From assembly GCA_946965045.2 (NCBI GenBank), contig OX337230.1:3286001-3350000 (forward strand): 64,000 nt of DNA, given 5' to 3'. A model generated the notes under the pieces. It had not been told where the DNA came from and made no database searches. It saw nothing but the letters and a program-made list of their open reading frames with translations. The DNA comes from Epithemia pelagica. Taxonomy: Eukaryota; Protista; Bacillariophyta. A program made the translations under genes and the position numbers. Shown piece after piece: positions 19,925 to 32,891 of the stretch; the stretch's first letter is position 1, and every line of letters begins with the position of its first letter.

Positions 19925-21700
19925 ATGAGAAACCACTCCCGGAATCCTCCGGAAGACGGTGGTGTCATCAGTGCCAGCAAAAGCAGCAACTCCTCAACGA
20001 TTCATCGCAAAAAGACGTCCAACCACAATGGATGGTTCTCTGTGAACGGCAACCATGCTGGACCTCCTGGTGGTGTGACAACCGACAAGGCGAACCTGTC
20101 CTCGCATGCGGCAAGTAATCTTTTCTCTCCCTCGCCTGTATCAAAGACCAATGGAACCAACATCAGTCACAAGCAGCGATCTTCTTCCATCTTCTCCTCC
20201 TTGGGTCGTACCAAGAGCAAGATCCAACAGCAGGCCAACAAAACATCGTCGTCTGTTTCACGGTTTCGACTGAGTACGTTTCATATCATTATGGTGATTA
20301 CCCTCTTAATGTTTGCTGTGATCTACGTCAATGTTTATATCCAGATCTATGGTACAACAGCAAGTCTTGAGGACAAACTATCCACAACAACGTCGTCCTG
20401 GCTGGAATCGCTGAGTTTGGAGTGGCCACACGAACCACAACCACCACAACAACACTCTCCTCCTCAAGTGTCGGTGGAAGGGACCTCGTCGGCTTCGACC
20501 GTGGCGGCAACGGCACAAGCCCTCTTGTCGCACAGTCTTTTGAAAACCGCAGGAAATGCCACCTTGACGCAACAGGTCACTTGGTCTCGGGTGGACTTTA
20601 CCAAACCTCCCCATGTTCCACCCGGTCAAAACTATTCCTGTCAATGGACCATCTTTCAGCCCTCCATGATGCTAATGACAGCGCCATGGTCATCACCCGA
20701 CGAACAGCAACCATTGAAGGAGATTTCCATGTGCATTCATCCCTTTGACGATGCCATTTCCAATAGCATTCGACGAAATTATCGATGGGACGATTGTAAC
20801 ATTCTACCGCAATTGTGGTACCAGCATTATGATGGACATGCGACCAATGGTTCTCCGACGACTTTGAAACGACGCAGGACGTCGTACCCTTCGTCGTCCT
20901 TGTACCTGGAAGTGGGTGCCAACATTGGTCCCTGTGTCATGGAAATGTTATTGAGCACCAATGCCACCATTTTGGCGGCCGAACCGCATCCTCGCAATCT
21001 CTTTGCCTTGCACAGTACCATGGCCAAACTTCCGGCTCAGTACCAGGCCCGTGTGGCGCTCTTTCCCATTGCCTTGGGTCATGAACGGGGAATCTCCAAA
21101 ATTTATGCCGCCCAAGGCAACATGGGCAATGCGGTGGTGGGAAAAATTATTCGAGACAATGACCAGCAAGTCTTTGCCAAGGAAGAACAACATGACATTG
21201 CCATTGAACGACTGGATACCATCTTGTCCGCACCACCGCCGGGCCCCATCAATAACAACAACGTCTTGACGACGTCTCCCTTTCGACGACAAGGACGACA
21301 CAATGTCCCTGCCGACTATACCATTCCAGTCATGAAAATGGATGCTCAAGGATTTGAATGCAACATTTTGGATGGCATGGGACCGGAATTGGCTTCCAAG
21401 ATTCATTACCTTCGGTTTGAATGGGGTGCGGCCTGGATGACGGGACACAATTGTACCACTCTCTTGCCCCGACTTCGTCAATGGGGCTTTGAAATTACCA
21501 TGACCAAAGACGACAACACAGGAGGCGGCGACGATGTCATGGGCAATGACGATCCGACCCACAACAACAACGGGGAGGATCCGTCGGTTGTGGTGGTGAC
21601 ACAAGATTGGATTCGAGATCCCTGGGATACCAAATGCTTTGATATGACCGCCACCAATCTGCAGTTTGGTCCAACAACGCCTCTGTTATCCTCCTCGTAA
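19925..21700 (+). CDS. FkbM-family SAM-dependent methyltransferase, type II membrane protein
   Basis: YLEVGANIG, AAEPHPRN, MKMDAQGFE motifs; single N-proximal TM (FHIIMVITLLMFAVIYV). Likely start ATG 19925. Confidence 0.85.
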   Translation: MRNHSRNPPEDGGVISASKSSNSSTIHRKKTSNHNGWFSVNGNHAGPPGGVTTDKANLSSHAASNLFSPSPVSKTNGTNISHKQRSSSIFSSLGRTKSKIQQQANKTSSSVSRFRLSTFHIIMVITLLMFAVIYVNVYIQIYGTTASLEDKLSTTTSSWLESLSLEWPHEPQPPQQHSPPQVSVEGTSSASTVAATAQALLSHSLLKTAGNATLTQQVTWSRVDFTKPPHVPPGQNYSCQWTIFQPSMMLMTAPWSSPDEQQPLKEISMCIHPFDDAISNSIRRNYRWDDCNILPQLWYQHYDGHATNGSPTTLKRRRTSYPSSSLYLEVGANIGPCVMEMLLSTNATILAAEPHPRNLFALHSTMAKLPAQYQARVALFPIALGHERGISKIYAAQGNMGNAVVGKIIRDNDQQVFAKEEQHDIAIERLDTILSAPPPGPINNNNVLTTSPFRRQGRHNVPADYTIPVMKMDAQGFECNILDGMGPELASKIHYLRFEWGAAWMTGHNCTTLLPRLRQWGFEITMTKDDNTGGGDDVMGNDDPTHNNNGEDPSVVVVTQDWIRDPWDTKCFDMTATNLQFGPTTPLLSSS

Positions 21701-22159
21701 CGGGGCACTGCCGACTCGAACGAACCGAGGGACGACACGGGGCTTGTCGTTGTCGTTGTCGTCGAACGAAACGACGATTTCACGGGGATAGTTTTACGAT
21801 TCCAGAGTCGAACCCTTTTAATTGAGGCGATTCACAAGAGCAACCGCAGCTCCACAAAGAAACACACAAGGGGAACCCATAGAGAAATTCATATAGTGCG
21901 GTCACGAATAGAAAAAGGGACGATACACTTTTTCATGCAAGTATCATACAAATCAAGCAGCAGCTATCAATACCAATAGAATAACAATGCAACATTTGGA
22001 ATGTAGCAGATATATGTTCTATGTTGAATGAATTTTGAAACAAGACTTGTAGAAACAACAACGGAGGCAGTCTCACGCACCACGGCGATTGGTCTAGGTT
22101 CGTCCGTAGATCGATTGCCCCTCTTTTCATTGTTGAAAGGATTCAGACTTGTTGCAAGT

Positions 22160-23065
22160 TTAGGCATCTTTCTTGGTGGTCCCTCGATCTTGCACCATGG
22201 ATTGAGATTGTGGAGGTTGAGGTTCTTGCGACATGGCCCAGGTCCTCTTTTGATGATTGTGTAATTGAGCATCGTAAACGGCAATGGCATGACAGGCCGA
22301 ACATAATTGTGCGACATTGACCAGTTGTTTCAGGAAACAGGCAGGTAGGCAGATAAAGAGGGCGATTGAGACCAGTCTTTGAACTAGAAAAAGGGACAGA
22401 GGAATCCCCAACAGAGTCAAGGGAGTGGTGCTTGTTTTGTCGAGTTGGCATTGGATATAGACAAAAATGTAGGAGAATTCTGTACCCACACAGAGATATC
22501 CAAAGAACCAATAATACTTATAAAACCATTGCACCAAGAAATGACGACCTTTATTGCCTTTTTCCGATTTGTGATGGGCCGTGGAAACGGCCAAACTGGC
22601 GTACATTTGAAACCAATGACTGGAAATATCCAACAGGGCCAATCCCAAACAAGCCGAAACCTGAGACCAAGGTGCAAGTATTCTGTTCCCTTTTTCAGGA
22701 GAATGGCTGAATTCCAAAGCCAAAATAAAGAGAAATCCCATGGTGGCACATCGATCCGTCACCATATCCAACACGGAACCATACGACGAGGTTTGATCCA
22801 ATTTACGAGCCGCCCATCCGTCGAATAAATCACCAACAAAACTGGCCATGTACAACACAACTCCCCATTGCCAATACAACACTGACGATACATCATCATC
22901 ATCATCACCGTCACTATTGCTGGCTGTTGCCACCCGAATCATCAACCCAAACGACAAACAGGCGCATAGGACACGACTGTAACCAATCCAATTGGGGACA
23001 AACCAACACAAGACATCGTTCGCCGTTATCTCTGTAGGAGCATCAGAAGTTGACGATGATGGCAT
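22160..23065 (-). CDS. PIS1: CDP-diacylglycerol-inositol 3-phosphatidyltransferase (phosphatidylinositol synthase)
   Basis: VPNWIGYSR and the CDP-alcohol phosphatidyltransferase motif DLFDGWAARKLDQTSSYGSVLDMVTDR; multiple TM segments. Confidence 0.9.
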   Translation of the reverse strand: MPSSSTSDAPTEITANDVLCWFVPNWIGYSRVLCACLSFGLMIRVATASNSDGDDDDDVSSVLYWQWGVVLYMASFVGDLFDGWAARKLDQTSSYGSVLDMVTDRCATMGFLFILALEFSHSPEKGNRILAPWSQVSACLGLALLDISSHWFQMYASLAVSTAHHKSEKGNKGRHFLVQWFYKYYWFFGYLCVGTEFSYIFVYIQCQLDKTSTTPLTLLGIPLSLFLVQRLVSIALFICLPACFLKQLVNVAQLCSACHAIAVYDAQLHNHQKRTWAMSQEPQPPQSQSMVQDRGTTKKDA

Positions 23066-23473
23066 GACTTTCTCCTACGGGTGTCAATCTGTCACTTTTT
23101 CCCGTTCGGGTCTCCCTCCATTGTGAAAAATCTTTCACTTTCGATTCTCAGCGCTTTAATGATATAAACCTATATAATTGTGGTATAAATCAGCTTCTAG
23201 TCTCGATGGAGCGTAATATTATCCATGACGTCAATCGGTCTACGTCCAATCGTCTTGCCACTCTGTCTTCTGCCAAAAAAATTTGAATCTATTTTAACGC
23301 TGCCGCGCGGACCCACTCTAACGCCTGGGGTACCGTCGACCGACGCGCCCGGCCTGAAAGACAGGCGAGGACTAAAAAAGTGAAGCCACAAAACCCTTCT
23401 GCCACCACAGCGAACAGCATGCGAAGGAGTCGCGGGAAATGGACGAAGATACAAGATACAGATTCGTGCAACA

Positions 23474-23833
23474 ATGAGTGACGAACGGTCTTCCGAGGTG
23501 CGTGTAGAATCCCTTGCTGAACAGACGGAACACTTGGAGTCTGTTATTGCAGCTCAAGATCAAGAATATCGCGATTGGGAAGAGTTGGTGGAGGGGGAAC
23601 AGAAGTCCTTGGATCGAACGCGTGTTGAATTCGCCAACGAATTGCAGAGGCTAAAAGAGCATCACGACCATGTGTTGAATCAGCTGGAGTCGGTGCTGTT
23701 TGGAAAACGTGAGAGGCTGAAGAAGTTGCGCCGGGATCACGCGGCTGAAGTGTGTCGCTTGGTTTCTAAGCTGTCGCTTCTGGCATATCCGCAGGATGCC
23801 CACGAAATTGGTGAAGTGTCGGGGGGAAGTTAA
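23474..23833 (+). CDS. Small coiled-coil hypothetical protein (119 aa)
   Basis: ATG-initiated ORF with E/L/Q/R-rich heptad character; no family recognised. Confidence 0.55.
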   Translation: MSDERSSEVRVESLAEQTEHLESVIAAQDQEYRDWEELVEGEQKSLDRTRVEFANELQRLKEHHDHVLNQLESVLFGKRERLKKLRRDHAAEVCRLVSKLSLLAYPQDAHEIGEVSGGS

Positions 23834-24064
23834 GAGTGAACGAGAGAGGCTTGGCTACGTCTATCGCTGATTAGATTTCAAGCCACTATGCATCTACCTA
23901 TATGCATAAGTTGTATACGGTGCCTAAAAGGGCCCTTATATTAGGAGTAATGTCTTTCTACGATTACGGAATGTGGACTGTCGAAGGACCATAAGGTACT
24001 TCCAATAGACGGGAATCCTTCCTGATTCTCAAAGCCGAGAGTTCTCGGATGGTGGTTACTACTC

Positions 24065-27000
24065 CTAGTAAACCAACGTTGCAAGCCAGTCCGCCAATTC
24101 GTTTGTCGATTCCAAATGAGGAGATAGAGCGTTGCGATACAAGGGTTGAAGGTCTTGCAAGGCACGATTCGGAACCCAAAACACCGCATCTGTGGTGGGA
24201 ATACAATGTTCCGAACAAAAGCTTTTCTTGTCTGTCACCAACGAATCCATACACATATTCACCAGCATGGCGCGCTCAGCCATAGTATTGGCATCCTTCT
24301 CTTCTCCCTCATGCCCAAACAGCATTGGAGCGTCGCTATCATCGTCATCATCCGAATCGTGGCCTTCCACAGTATAGAACTTATTTCGTAGAACTGTGTC
24401 AACGTGCGAAAGAACCATGCGAATCTTACAGGTGCCACGCACCTGGTCCAGTAATTCATTGGCCAGGAAACAACGGCTGTTCAATTTAGTAAAGAACAAC
24501 AAGCAATCAATTGCCGGTAGCATTGCAATCAGATTGGATACATCGGCGCCCGCAAAGGTGTCATTGCCATTCATTCCAGGAAAGTCGAGAACATTGACAA
24601 AAATCACAGTGCCATCCAAAGCCGGGACTTGTGCCACATACGTTTGTTGATCCGTGGTGCGTTCATGGTATCGTTGGCGATAGGCATTTGAGACAAAGGT
24701 AGTCTTGCCACTCCCAGGTTCTCCAATGACTGCAATGGTAAAAACACGCTTTCTCGCCAAATGGGACCTTAAGGAACGAATGGGTTCCACGTAACGACGA
24801 ACAAAGGAGATAATCTCGGTTCGATTCTGGCGGCTGAGTTCCTTGAGTGCGTCACTCCCGACAGCACCTTTCCACTGGTCATCCGACATGTGGAAGCCAA
24901 TAGTTTCCAGGAGACCTTCTTCGTGACTCTGTAGGCTGTTACCATCTGCACCACAAGTGTGTGGTCCACAAACAGTCGATAGAACAAACTTTTCGGCAAT
25001 GAGACTCGATGAGTGGACACCGGCGCGACCTCCACTTAACGCGGCAACGAGATAACCCACAGCTCCTCCCAAGGCCAAAGTGCATCCAATGCCCGTCCCC
25101 CATACCGCCATGGTCCCGACGGCAGTGGTTTCCAAAAAGGCCTGCATAGCAGGTGCCCCCGCAGCAGCTGCAGGTCCAAAAGCCGCCAAAAGGCCCAATG
25201 ATACGACCACTGAAACGACACCCACTACCACAACCCTTGTCGCGGTCGACTTGCGAGAGTCCTTCTCTTTTTTCAGGGCCTCCAAAACTAACGTACGAAA
25301 TTGTGCCAGAACAATGTACGTCATGGCTGCTTCAAAGCGGTACATTTCGGACGTTGCTTTCGTAGCCGTTACCGTTGACGATAGAAAATTGGTGGTACGA
25401 GGCATTGTAAAAGACGTTTTCTGCTTTCCTTGGCTTTTCCGAAAAGAAGCAATCGCGGCAGGAAGACCAGCTTTCCCTTTGTTGTCGCCCTCGGAAGAAC
25501 TGAACCTGGAGGTCACAGCTGACAAATCAAATTCTTTATTCTTCTCCCATGCCTCCACCATGGAGAGGGCTACCAAGTTAAGGACTGTCGAACGGTCCAC
25601 TTGAGGCAATTCCAAAACACGAAAGATTTCCGTCAACTCCTTTTCTTGTTTCTTATCAATATTGGACGATTGCGAGAAATCGTCCATTCTTTTCGCAATG
25701 GCCAAGGTTTCTTATTATTCTGCCTCCTCATTGTTGTTATTGTTCACGCTGCGTTGAGCAGAACCACCACCAGTCTTTCCTTGTCCTCGAAAGTTGCGAT
25801 TGCTCGTCACCAAATGCAAGGCTCGGGCGTGTGCCAATAAATCCATGGGAGATCCTTGTTCAATCCTGCTTTGACGATTCTCAAACCATTCCTCTTGCAC
25901 GTTTATAACCTTTCGCACAACGGAAGATGACATGGTGGATCGGAAGGGCAGTCGCAACTTAACCGTGGTTCCTCTGGGGGAATATTCGAGAGGGGAAAGT
26001 AATACGACAAAGCTGTCGACGTCGACCAGATCAAATGGGCTTCCCTGATCTCCACCCGCCTTCCATTACCAAGATCAAGGCTAACATCACCCAACTCACA
26101 CGACAAGGGCAAAATCGTCCCAAGACGATGTCCCAGAATCTCAAATCGGATTTTATTTCCATCTTCAAGCCCGGCACGGCATAGATCGGACAGACGGGGT
26201 TCCCATAATTCATGAGTGTTTTTCGTTTCATATGGAACATCCATGTAATATGGTTCCTCGGGAATCGATTGCGTCTTGAATTGGGGTTTCACTGTAACAT
26301 GGTTCAGCAAAAGCTCGCGGTAACTCTTCATTTCGTGGAATTGTCCTCCATTCGTCGAGTCTTTTTGCACCATCGCCCGAAGAATCGTAACCACATCCAA
26401 TGGCTGTTTCGCACGGAGAGGCAAAGCCAAAGAATCTCCACGCAGGCCCGTTTGAATGTTGAATACGGGGCCCAATGGGACATACTGGGTTTCCATCTTG
26501 TTGGCTTCTTCCAGTGAACGAGCAAAATCCCGCCATCCCTCTTTCTTCATGTTAGGAAGGAGATCGTAAAAGAGACTGCGAAAATCGGTAAAAGTTCGCT
26601 TCAATTGTCCTTGGTCTACCGCCGCAATGAAAAGAGAAACAAGTCGAGGATGAATGTCATCGGGATGAACCCAATGCTCCAAGGCCGCGGAATCTCCGAC
26701 TGTATTTAGTGTGTCCACAAACTCTTGACTGGCAAACAAAGGGGCCCCAAAAGTGTAACACACAATCCGATCTTTCCAAAAGGTGGCATTCTTGAGTAAA
26801 ATGGTGGTGGCGATACTGGCAATAGTACCTCCCCAGCCATGACCGCAAAGTACCAAGCGTCTACCGGCCAGGTTATGCTCCGTCTGGAGCTCTACCAGAG
26901 GAAGATAGGTTTGCGCATAATCTAGGCATCCACGATGGACGGCTCCATAGTCAATGGACGTATTGTAAGCTTTGGGAATGGCCAATCCGCACAATCTTCC

Positions 27001-27258
27001 AGGATGATCGTCTTCGGTTGGAGGACACACCACGAGGTACAACGTGTCGCGAGCCCGATCCTCGGCAAAGGCATACCGAAAGGAAGATGAGGACTCGTCT
27101 CGCGAGGGTAGTCGAGTGGAACAGGCAAGACCATCGAGGGAACAATAATTAAACCTGTTCAAAAAGGGAAGAGGGGATCTTTGTTCCAGAGCTTCGCACA
27201 AAAGTGAGGCATTCAAAAGTTCGACATCGCGATATTTGGGTTTGCTTGCCGTTCTCAT
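24065..27258 (-). pseudogene. Lipase-class-3-like / hydrophobic segment / P-loop GTPase fusion, copy A (disrupted)
   Basis: LVLCGHGWGG and YTFGAP (lipase-like fold); GEPGSGKT, DFPG, SHVD (GTPase). Comparison with copy B shows a 1-bp frameshift near 25965 and in-frame TAATAA near 25712-25717. Confidence 0.8.
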
Positions 27259-27755
27259 GGATTCTTCACTTGTGTGTTTCTGTAGTTACTGTTGCGTATT
27301 CTTTTGACTTTTTCTTCGACTCAAAATTATGGCAAGAGGCAAGCATGGACAAAAGGAGGGTCAAGATGGGCGAACGAAAGCGCACTCGCGCTGTTTCTTC
27401 TTGCATCTTGCAACCTCTGTTTCCAGACAAACCACTCGCAATGTTTCGTTTCAGCTTACGGGTCAATCCCATCTTCTATTGCCCCGCAAATCATTTCGAC
27501 TGCGCAGTTTCAGAGGACATCATGTCCGAGAGTGCGAGTGGCCCATTGTCAAATTCGGAGTGCGATTGGACGTCTGAATCTAGCGATTTGTAGTGTGTCT
27601 CTCTTGTGTGTGAGCAAATATTCACTGGCTGGTACAGCATCACTTGTGAAGGCGTGAGATATGGCTTTCATGAATCATCGAATGACACGGTCATCTTTCA
27701 TCTCCACTTTTTGCCCGTTGCGCCATCGTGGCACATGGAGGGAAAAGGAACAACA

Positions 27756-29047
27756 CAAGACTCAGCTGATGCGCCAGTCACGAGACGTAAGACCCGCAAA
27801 GCTGAGTCACGTTTGAGCTTCGAATCACGATCGGGAAAGGGTGACTCATTCATCCCATCAAATGAGGCCACCATCACCATGGGGATGAACTGGAGAAGAC
27901 AGTCTGATTCAACTCTTGATGTTCGCTCTTCTGTGGTTGTTCGCGCTTGCTTAGTTTGGGAATCAGCTCCATCAACTCAAAACTCAGATTCAGACGGGCG
28001 AACATCAACGACACAACCCGACTGATTCATCAACAGCATACCTCAAACCCATTTCGATGCACCATGCGTTCATAAAAACAAAAGCACTCAAACTGTAAAG
28101 CAGCAGACACACCGTTATTTCAATTTGTCCCTAACAAGATAACCATGACCTTCTACACCACTTCCGCTCTTCTTCTTTTGCTCGCTGTGACACCATCCAC
28201 CATGGCTTTCTCTCCCTTTTTCGGCAAAGCCAACAACAACAAAGTCGCGACAAACACGGATTTGTCTTCATCCGTTGTTGGCAACGACAGCCGTCCCATT
28301 TACGATCCCTTCAATCTCTATGGTCCGAACTCTCAAGAACGCAAGACTGGCCGCATCCAACCATTCGAAGACAATGACAGCACACAGCAAAAGCCAGTTG
28401 TCGATCCACTCAACTTGTAAACAGACAAGAGTCAAGTTTCCGAAAACGTCGACATGTCCGCGTCGCTTCCTTTTCTTCCTCGTCCATTACATTTGACGGG
28501 AGAACTATCAGGTGATTTGGGCTTTGATCCCCTCGGTTTGGCATCCTCTGGGGCAGACTCACTCGACTTTCAACGACGGGCCGAACTCAAGCATGGTCGA
28601 TTGGCAATGTTGGCCGCAGTGGGTTGGCCTCTGTCGGAACTTTTTCAACAAGCTTGGAGCAGTACAACGAATGGAGGACAACAACCACATTTGGAGCCGT
28701 CATTGCTCAATGTGGGTGACCGTGTTCCCTCTGTGTTGAATGGTGGTTTGGACAAGGTATCACCACTGTTTTGGGTGGGTGCCTTGGCATTTTGGAGTGT
28801 TATTGAAGTGTTTGCGAACTATTACAAACGCCAAGGAGAAGAAGATGCCTTGTTGTTTGATCCATTGGGACTTTACCCGTCGGACAATGACCAGGGTCAG
28901 CAAGAGTTTGTCAAGACATCCGAAACGTATCATGGACGTTTGGCCATGTTAGCGATTGTGGGTTATGCAATGCAAGAGTTTGCGACTCAAGTTGGAGTAG
29001 TGCATGAAACTCCGTTCTTTTTCCATCCAGCCTTTTGGTCGTCGTAG
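27756..29047 (+). repeat. ~1.3-kb direct duplication, copy 1 (upstream region plus LHC gene)
   Basis: Colinear with 32892-34171; the CDS part is near-identical and the upstream part more diverged. Confidence 0.9.
28145..29047 (+). pseudogene. Fucoxanthin-chlorophyll a/c binding (LHC) gene, copy 1, premature stop at 28418-28420
   Basis: TAT GCA in copy 2 is TAA ACA here with the same length, so it is a nonsense change; the downstream frame keeps ELKHGRLAMLA and HGRLAMLA. Confidence 0.85.
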
Positions 29048-29536
29048 ACGAGGACACGAGAGAAAGGACCAGTCGCATCGTAGAGTATAGAGAGATTTTG
29101 TCTAGTTTGTATGTTTAATTGTAAATGTTGAAAGGTACTAGCCAATCAATATCAGTCTTTATGTCCTCCTGATTGCAATAAGTTATCGCAACTGTCGGAC
29201 AGGGATTTACGTTAACCAGACGTGAACAGGACATGGTTCTGAGCTCTCGCTAGTTAGTTTATTGAAGCATCTCAGTTTGAGCACGCTCTACATGACAGGA
29301 GGACACCGGGTGTGAGTTGAGCTACTTTATCATATTTTCCGTTCATGGCTCTATTTTCATTGAACCTGCCTTTGAGATACTGCCAGAATCTCGTCAAAAC
29401 TTCCAAGGTACTCATTGAAGCTCGTACCACCATTTGCTATACAGGCATGGGCGACCCTAGCTCTTTGAAAGGAAACATGCTGTACATGGTGATACTGCAA
29501 CGCATGTTCCAGGCAGATGGCACTTCCTTTTTTGCT

Positions 29537-32500
29537 CTACATCGATCCCAACTGCCTTTTTACCAAGGTGGAATAGACACCATCCTTTTCAATCAGCTCG
29601 TCGTGAGATCCAAACTCGGCAACGTTGCCATCCTTTATGACATAGACACAATCCGCATTCCGGACAGTCGACAATCGATGAGCAACTATGATCACTGTCA
29701 TACTCCGTGATGGATCACCATCCAGGCTACGTTGACCATTGATCATGTCATCGATGGCACTTTGAACGGCATGTTCACTTTCAGCGTCCAAGGCACTTGT
29801 GGCTTCGTCCAGGAGCAACACACGAGGCTTTCTCACCAAGGCTCTCTGTAGCAAGCAAAAGACATCCAGGTGAGACGCGTTCATGCCAGCTGCTGGTCCA
29901 TGCAATACTATTTGCTTACCGCGATTGCAATTCGTTGCTTTTGACCTCCGCTCAACGTAATACCACGTTCACCAATTTCGGAGTCGTACTGCTCCGGTAA
30001 ACTTTCAATAAACGCAGCAGCGTTTGCTAGCTTTGCAGCTTCTTCAATATCTTCCTGTGAGGGCTCTTCGTCCGTTCCTTCCAGACCATAGATGATGTTT
30101 CGTTTCACGGATCGCGCAAAAAGCAGTGGTTCCTGACTTACCACTGAAACGTTTCGGCAGATCCAATCAGCACTAAGATCTTGAACGGGTATTTGGTCTA
30201 TGCAAACTGTCCCTGTTGTTGGTTCGTACAAGCGCTGAATGCTGAATGACATTGAATGATGAGATTTCGAATGCTCTTCGTACAAAATCAGAACAAACTC
30301 GACTTACAGTCTCATGATGCTGCTCTTCCCCCCACCAGAAGATCCTGTGAGGGCAACAATCGATCCTGCCGGTATTGTGAGGTTCATGTTTTCCAGGACA
30401 GTGCGTTGTGGGCGAGATGGATACCGAAAGCCCACGTCTTTGAACGAAATTTCGCCTCTGCAAGATTCGGGATAGAGACCAGTGACTCGTTGCTTGACGA
30501 CCTTATCAACATAAAGGAAATGTTTCTTCTTCTGTTCCAAGGCAGCCGACAGTCTTTCTTCGTCTACCTGGCTTGGTGCAACCATTTTTGGTTCCCTATT
30601 CATGAGCTCCATGCTGAAAATGATTGTGGTAAGGATCAAGACGACAAGAAACAGTTACAGATGGACTCATTGACCGAGGCACTTACACTTTGTCAGCGGC
30701 ACCAGCCAAACGGACAAGGCTAGCATATATTCCACCAAGACTGTTGAAAGCCTCGGACAGCGAACTCAGATACAGGATAAAACTCACGAGTTCTCCTCCG
30801 GTTAAATGATGTGGTCCATCCGATTGCACCATTAAACCGCCGTAGAATAGGACCAATGCATTGACTAGCTGTGGGAGTGCACCCACACACGTGGCATATC
30901 CAAGAGTAGCAAGGGCAGACTTGGCATTCATTTTCAAATACTTTTCCATGCACTCTTCAAACTCGTCGAGCTCTACGTTTTCAGCTCCAAAAGCACGCAC
31001 TGTGGCCATGGAACTTAGCGTAGATTCGCTTGTTGCATTTCCATCAGCCAATTTCTTTTGTTGCAGTTTGGCCAGCCGGCGAATGTACCTGCCGTACCAT
31101 TTACTCAGAACAGAGACAGCTGGAATGGTGATGAAAGCGAGCAACGAAAGTTGCCAGCTAATGACAAACATAAAGATTAGCACACCAAGAGCCCGCACGG
31201 TCGAGCGGAGAAATATGTTGACATTGCTGGTGATAGATGACCCAACAATGGTCGTATCGCTGCTAAGACGGCTAGTAATATCTCCAGTCCGCGTTGTATC
31301 GAAAAATCCCACCTCTTGCGATAGTAGTGAATCCATGAGCATGATTCTGAGACGAGTGTTTACTCGTGCACCGACCATGGTGAATATGGCACTTCGAATG
31401 CCTGCAAAAATTCCACCAAAGACTGATACGAGAAGAAGCATTTCTATGTTCTTCACAAATCCAGGTATTCGCTGGGCGTGATGTGATATGCCTCCGTCAG
31501 TTGCTGTATATCTGAAAAGAAGAAAAGACGGATCATCTGGAGCCACATCTGAGGAATTGCTGATATGTCCAACAATTGAGTCCAAGACAGCACCCGTATA
31601 TTTCGGAACATAGACCTGTGAAACTGCGGCTGCCAGCAAAAATACAATGGCAAGGAGAATCAAGTGTTTGTCTGGTTCACACATCTTGAAAAGATCCGAT
31701 GTCGAGGCTGTGTAGTTCGCGTCCGGTCCTATCTCACTGAATCCCCGCAAATTTTCATCCTCTTTTGGCACTTTCCCATTCAATCCATTTTGTTTCCCCA
31801 AAGTCCCTCTTTCGGGATCTTCACCCAATGCGTCTTGAACGTCCACCTAAAACAAAAGTAAACGGGTGTCAACAACGTCGTTGGTTGATTTGTCCGTTGT
31901 TTTGTTCACGAAACCATATCCTACCTCTGAATTCACTCGAGAAAGCAAAGGAGTTGCCAAGCTTTCTGTGAATCGTTCTACCCAGTTCGTTCCACGCGCC
32001 AAGCCTTCTTCGATCAGCGTCCGTCTCCGTAATCTTCCTAACTCACCCGCCAACTTTTCGATGGAGTCCATGTAGGTTGTTTCCAAGACGCAACATAAAC
32101 CAGTGAAGGCAAGGGCGATCCAAAACAGGGGATGTTTCCTTTCCGATTCATCCAACACGCCAATCTCAATATCTAGTCGAATCAAACACTTTACTACTAG
32201 TAAAGCTCCAGTCAAGAGAACTGCCAGTTCGTTGAGAAAAGAGAACCTCATAACATAGTTCTTTAGCTGCTCCACATACGGCTCCTCCAACGCCTCTTGT
32301 TCAAGTTCTGTCTTGGACTTTCGATCACCATTTTTGTGAAAAAGCTCACGAGGCGTGTCGACAGGTGCCTCTACTCGATGGTACGATATTGTCATAGCCA
32401 TCAGAGCAAGGAAGATTCGTGGAATCGCAGCTAAGGCAAGATCCCAAAGTGAGCTATGCAGTGAGTAATGATGAGGGCGTAGTTCTCCTTCGGCATCTCG

Positions 32501-32747
32501 AATCCTGGAGGAGGCACGCCAGAACAACGTATGTAAGATCTTGCGCTTTCTCTTCATTACACAGAAAACAAGCAAAAAGCTGGGAACCTTACTTTGGCAC
32601 CAACGGAGTCAGTAGCAATATCGCTACAAGGGAGTCAAACCCCAAAAGTGTGAGAAACGCCCAGAGCTTCCACCACTTCGGAACTTCCTCTTTTTTCTGT
32701 CCTCCATGCTGTCGCCGTCTCTCTTGCCGTTGTACTGGAGCGTTCAT
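29537..32747 (-). CDS. ABCB-type half transporter (extra N-terminal TM domain, TMD, NBD), multi-exon
   Basis: [11 protein letters not shown], Walker [10 protein letters not shown], signature [35 protein letters not shown] 32747 splices in frame (intron ~32505-32592); further introns near 31847-31924, 30640-30686, 30250-30305 and 29875-29930 (approximate). Confidence 0.9.
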
Positions 32748-32891
32748 TCTGTAATATGGCAAGTAAACGATGTCAGATTCATTGACCCGACGTCGTTTAT
32801 TTTGTTGTGGGGGACAACTACGAACGAAGTTTTGTTTGAAAACTCGACTTCTTAGCGGTCATCAATCCGCCAGCGGTGAAACGCTTTCGCG

